Shown in pieces: positions 60,491-64,000 of a stretch of DNA of 64,000 bases. The notes below the pieces were generated by a model. That model was given only the letters and a program-made list of their open reading frames with translations, searched no databases and had not been told where the DNA came from. Made by a program: the position numbers and the translations under genes. Positions within the stretch are counted from its first letter, which is position 1. Each line of letters starts with the position of its first letter. Source of the DNA: Mobula hypostoma (taxonomy: Eukaryota); NCBI RefSeq assembly GCF_963921235.1, contig NC_086097.1, positions 175,338,001 through 175,402,000 on the forward strand, given 5' to 3'.

Positions 60491-63255
60491 AATTTTTTTT
60501 ATTTCAAAATATACTTTATTCAAAAATAAATATATACAATAAACCATTCAATAACTTTCCATCCTTTACATACGTTTCCATTATACACAGTACATATCCG
60601 TATTTTTAGCCACCCATGTGGCACTCCAGTAGTTCAGCTTACCATATCATTGTTGAGGGGTATACTCCCCACCCCCCGACCCCTACCACTCCCACGGGTG
60701 GAGAAACCTATACTGTGGTTCTTCCTCACCGGGCCCTTGCGGTGGCTGCACCGAGTTTCAGTGCGTCCCTCAGCACGTACTCCTGCAGCCGAGAATGTGC
60801 CAGTCGGCAGCATTCTCCCACGGACATCTCCATGTGCTGGTAGATCATCAAGTTTCGGGCCGACCAAAGAGCGTCTTTCACCGAATTGATGATCTGCCAG
60901 CAGCACCGGCCGTTGGTCTCCGTGTGTGTCCCCGGGAACAGCCCGTAGATCAGAGAGTCCTCTGTTACGCAGCTGCTGGGGATAAAACGTGACACTAGCC
61001 CGTCCATCCTCCTCCACACCCTCTTTGCAAACTGACAGTGTGCAAAGAGGTGGGTCACAGACTCCTCCTCACTGCAGTCCTCCCGTGGGCAGTGGGGTGC
61101 GGAGACGACGTTCCGGGCGTACAGGAGGGCTCTGACTGGGAGGGCCCCTCTCACCGCCAGCCAGGCGAGGTCTTGGTGCCTGTTGGTGAGATCTGGCAAT
61201 GAGGCATTTTGCCAGATGAACTGGACAGTCTGCTCAGGGAACCACCCCACTGTGTCCATCACGTCCTTCTCCTGCAGTACCTGCAGGACACTACGTGCCG
61301 ACCACTGCCTGATGGCCCTGTGGTCAAAGGCGTTCTCCTGGAAGAACTTTGCTACGTAGGACAGGTATGGTGGCAACGACCAGCTGACTGGGGCGTTGCG
61401 CGGGAGTGGGGCCAGACCCATCCTTCGTAGCCAGGGCGACAGGTGGAACCTGGGCACATAGTGGTACTTGGTGCCCACATACCTGGGTTCTACACACAAC
61501 CTGATGAAGCCACATACAAAGCTGGCCATCAGGGTGAGGGCGACATTGGGGACGTTCTTGCCCCCGTTGTCCAGGGACTTGAGCATGGCGGTCCGTCTCA
61601 CCCGCTCCATCTTGGATCCCCAGACGAATCTGAAGACAGCCCGGGTGATTTCCGAGCTGTAGGAGCGGGGGACAGGCCACACCTGCGCCAAGTACAGCAG
61701 CCCTGAGAGCATCTCACACCTGATGACCAGGTTCTTGCCTGTTATCAACAGGGAGCGCCCTCCCCACAGTCCCAGTTTCTGTTTCACCTTGGCAGTCCGC
61801 TCCTGCCAGTTCTTGTTGCACGCCTCAGCCCCTCCGAACCAGATCCCCAACACCTTCACGTGGTCAGACCTGATGGTGAAGGGGACGCTGGATCGGTCGG
61901 GCCAGCTGCCGAAGAGCATGGCTTCGCTCTTCGTGCGGTTGACCCTGGCCCCCGACGCTAGCTGGAACTGTTCGCAGGTGCCAATCAACCTGCGAACTGA
62001 CCTCGGATCAGAGCAGAAGACAGTGACGTCGTCCATGTACAGGGAGGTTTTCACTTGGGTCCCTCCACTGCCTGGCAGCGCCACCCCTCTTATGCCCTCA
62101 TCCCTCCTGATGGCTTCCGCAAAGGGTTCTATGCAGCAGACAAACAAAACAGGGGAGAGGGGACAGCCCTGCCTGACTCCAGACCTGATGGGGGAGCTGT
62201 CTGTTTCCCACCCGTTGACCTGGACTGCACTATGGATGTCTGTGTAGAGCAGTCTAATCCAATTCCGGATTCCCTCCCCAGATCCCATTTTGGAGAGCAC
62301 GTCCGCCATGTACGTGTGCGATATCCTGTCGAAGGCTTTCTCCTGGTCCAAGCGGACCAGGCAGGCGTCCACCCCCCTGTCCTGCACGTAGGTGATGGTG
62401 TCCTTCAGCAGCGCGAGGCTGTCTGAGATCTTCCTGCCCGGTACAGCACAGGTTTGGTCTGGGTGAATCACCTGTCCTAGAGCAGACTTGACCCTGTTGG
62501 CAATAGCCTTGGACAGGATCTTGTAATCCACATTCAGGAGAGAGATGGATCTCCAATTTCCAATGTCCTCCCTTTCCCCCTTCTGCTTGTAGATGAGGGT
62601 GATGATGCCTTTCCTCACGGACTCTGACATACTGCCGGCCAGAAGCGTAGCGTTGTATACTTCCAGCAGGTCTGGGCCCATCCAGTTCCACAGAGCCGAG
62701 TACAACTCAGCCGGTAAGCCGTCGCTTCCGGGAGTCTTACCCGACCCAGAGGAATGGATGGAGCCTGTCAGCTCGTCCAGGGTCAGTGGCTGATCCAGAC
62801 TCTCCCGCTTGCCGTCGTCTAAGACCTGCGTGATAGACGACAGGAAGTTGCGGGAGGCTGTGGATTCTGTGGCCTTTTCGTCGTACAGACCGGCATAGAA
62901 GGACTTGCAGATCCTCAGTATGTCGGTCTGCGAGGACGCGACTGAGCCGTCCTCTTCCTTAAGGTTGTGGATCACAGAGCTCCCCCTGTGCACCTTTTGG
63001 AAGAAGAAGTGTGAGCACGTCTCGTCCTGCTCCACGGTTTGGACCCTTGATCGGAAGATGATCTTGGAGGATTCGGCGGTGAGGTGCTGGGCTTGCCGGC
63101 TCTTCACCTCTCGCAATTCCTCCCTGACATCCACCCCCTTCGACTGCAGAAGGAGAAGTTGCTGCAACTCTGTCTGGAGTTTACGCAGTTCACTCTGCTC
63201 CTGCCTTGCTTTCTGGATACCCTTGTGGATGAAGAACCTCTTAATGTTCTCCTGA
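60491..63255 (-). mobile_element. Tx1-type (L1 group) LINE, 5'-truncated, with poly(A) tail
   Basis: Long open ORF2, GC-rich, with a 3' UTR carrying AATAAA motifs and an A-tail (T run at 60493-60500 on the plus strand). Confidence 0.88.
60726..63167 (-). CDS. Tx1-type ORF2 fragment: reverse transcriptase plus C-terminal cysteine-rich zinc knuckle (no endonuclease)
   Basis: PGSDGL, NWRSISLLNVDYKIL, DQEKAFD, GVRQGCPLSP, YMDD, CPREDC..EESVTHLFAHC; 813 uninterrupted codons. Confidence 0.85.
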   Translation of the reverse strand: MQQLLLLQSKGVDVREELREVKSRQAQHLTAESSKIIFRSRVQTVEQDETCSHFFFQKVHRGSSVIHNLKEEDGSVASSQTDILRICKSFYAGLYDEKATESTASRNFLSSITQVLDDGKRESLDQPLTLDELTGSIHSSGSGKTPGSDGLPAELYSALWNWMGPDLLEVYNATLLAGSMSESVRKGIITLIYKQKGEREDIGNWRSISLLNVDYKILSKAIANRVKSALGQVIHPDQTCAVPGRKISDSLALLKDTITYVQDRGVDACLVRLDQEKAFDRISHTYMADVLSKMGSGEGIRNWIRLLYTDIHSAVQVNGWETDSSPIRSGVRQGCPLSPVLFVCCIEPFAEAIRRDEGIRGVALPGSGGTQVKTSLYMDDVTVFCSDPRSVRRLIGTCEQFQLASGARVNRTKSEAMLFGSWPDRSSVPFTIRSDHVKVLGIWFGGAEACNKNWQERTAKVKQKLGLWGGRSLLITGKNLVIRCEMLSGLLYLAQVWPVPRSYSSEITRAVFRFVWGSKMERVRRTAMLKSLDNGGKNVPNVALTLMASFVCGFIRLCVEPRYVGTKYHYVPRFHLSPWLRRMGLAPLPRNAPVSWSLPPYLSYVAKFFQENAFDHRAIRQWSARSVLQVLQEKDVMDTVGWFPEQTVQFIWQNASLPDLTNRHQDLAWLAVRGALPVRALLYARNVVSAPHCPREDCSEEESVTHLFAHCQFAKRVWRRMDGLVSRFIPSSCVTEDSLIYGLFPGTHTETNGRCCWQIINSVKDALWSARNLMIYQHMEMSVGECCRLAHSRLQEYVLRDALKLGAATARAR

Positions 63256-64000
63256 ACCAGGAAAGGCCAGCTTTAAGGAGATTCTACTCAAATAGGACAG
63301 CAGAAATGCCCTGCCTCGGAACTCCCTCCTCCCAATTACTTTATGTGCACCTACATATCGAATAGCTACCTTATCATTCCTAATGGCGATCTACAAGACG
63401 CTAAGCAGAGAAATTGCCCAGAAATTTGAATATCAGTTTTTTAAAAAAATGCAGCTTTGTTCGTATGCTTATTGTTCTTTCCCTGCTGGCCAATCACATT
63501 CCTTGTCTTCACCCTTTCATTCTCTGGTAGGTAAAAACCTCTCTCTTTCCAGTGCCACCAGCAGGGTAAATGTATCGGGCTCACAGGCCTCTCATTAATG
63601 TACAGGAAGGGGCTAGGATGGGTCTCTGTTTGAATGACTGCAAGGATCTCTCCCTGCTGGCAACCTCTTCTGAATCACTGAATCACTGGCCTGACTGCTG
63701 AAAGGGCCCAGCTCATTTGTATTAACTCTCCATTCAGGTTGGGGGTGACTGCCTTCAGATGCCGTGTGTGATCTTTCTCAATCTGCCATGCCATCGAAGT
63801 TGTGAAACCTACTGCCTCAGCTTTAACTTAAATTCCTCCCCATCTATTTTCCCCAATATATTTTCTATTCTATGCTGTTGAACTAATCATCTACCTTCAC
63901 CAAACAGCCTTCATTACGGAGTACCGGTACCATCACACTTCACCACGCTATTCACGGCTTTCTGTCACGCTTCTGGTGTCTTCTGCCTTTGCATTTCCTG

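Overview
Vertebrate nuclear DNA, almost certainly from a cartilaginous fish (shark or ray). This is inferred from an HE1/V-SINE, abundant HER1/CR1-type LINEs and hammerhead-bearing Penelope ends. Most of the window is retroelement-derived. One host gene is visible on the minus strand, and the ORF track misses it: the first three coding exons of a meprin A beta-like (MEP1B-like) metalloprotease (33148-33083 signal peptide, a 19-bp micro-exon at 10215-10197, and 1334-1284 encoding EDVDAGLDQDIFDINE). The gene continues off the left edge. Its 23-kb intron 1 holds a five-level nest of retroelements. Upstream lie a ~6-kb 36/32-bp satellite split by a full-length CR1, and a 5'-truncated Tx1-type LINE with an 813-codon open frame. 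The most unusual element is a Gypsy LTR retrotransposon (53702-59830, with TSD, tRNA-Pro PBS and PPT). Its integrase core is replaced by ~1 kb of intronless myosin heavy chain (MYH16-like) rod coding sequence, fused in frame to RNase H. All family assignments come from motif recognition by eye; no database search was run.
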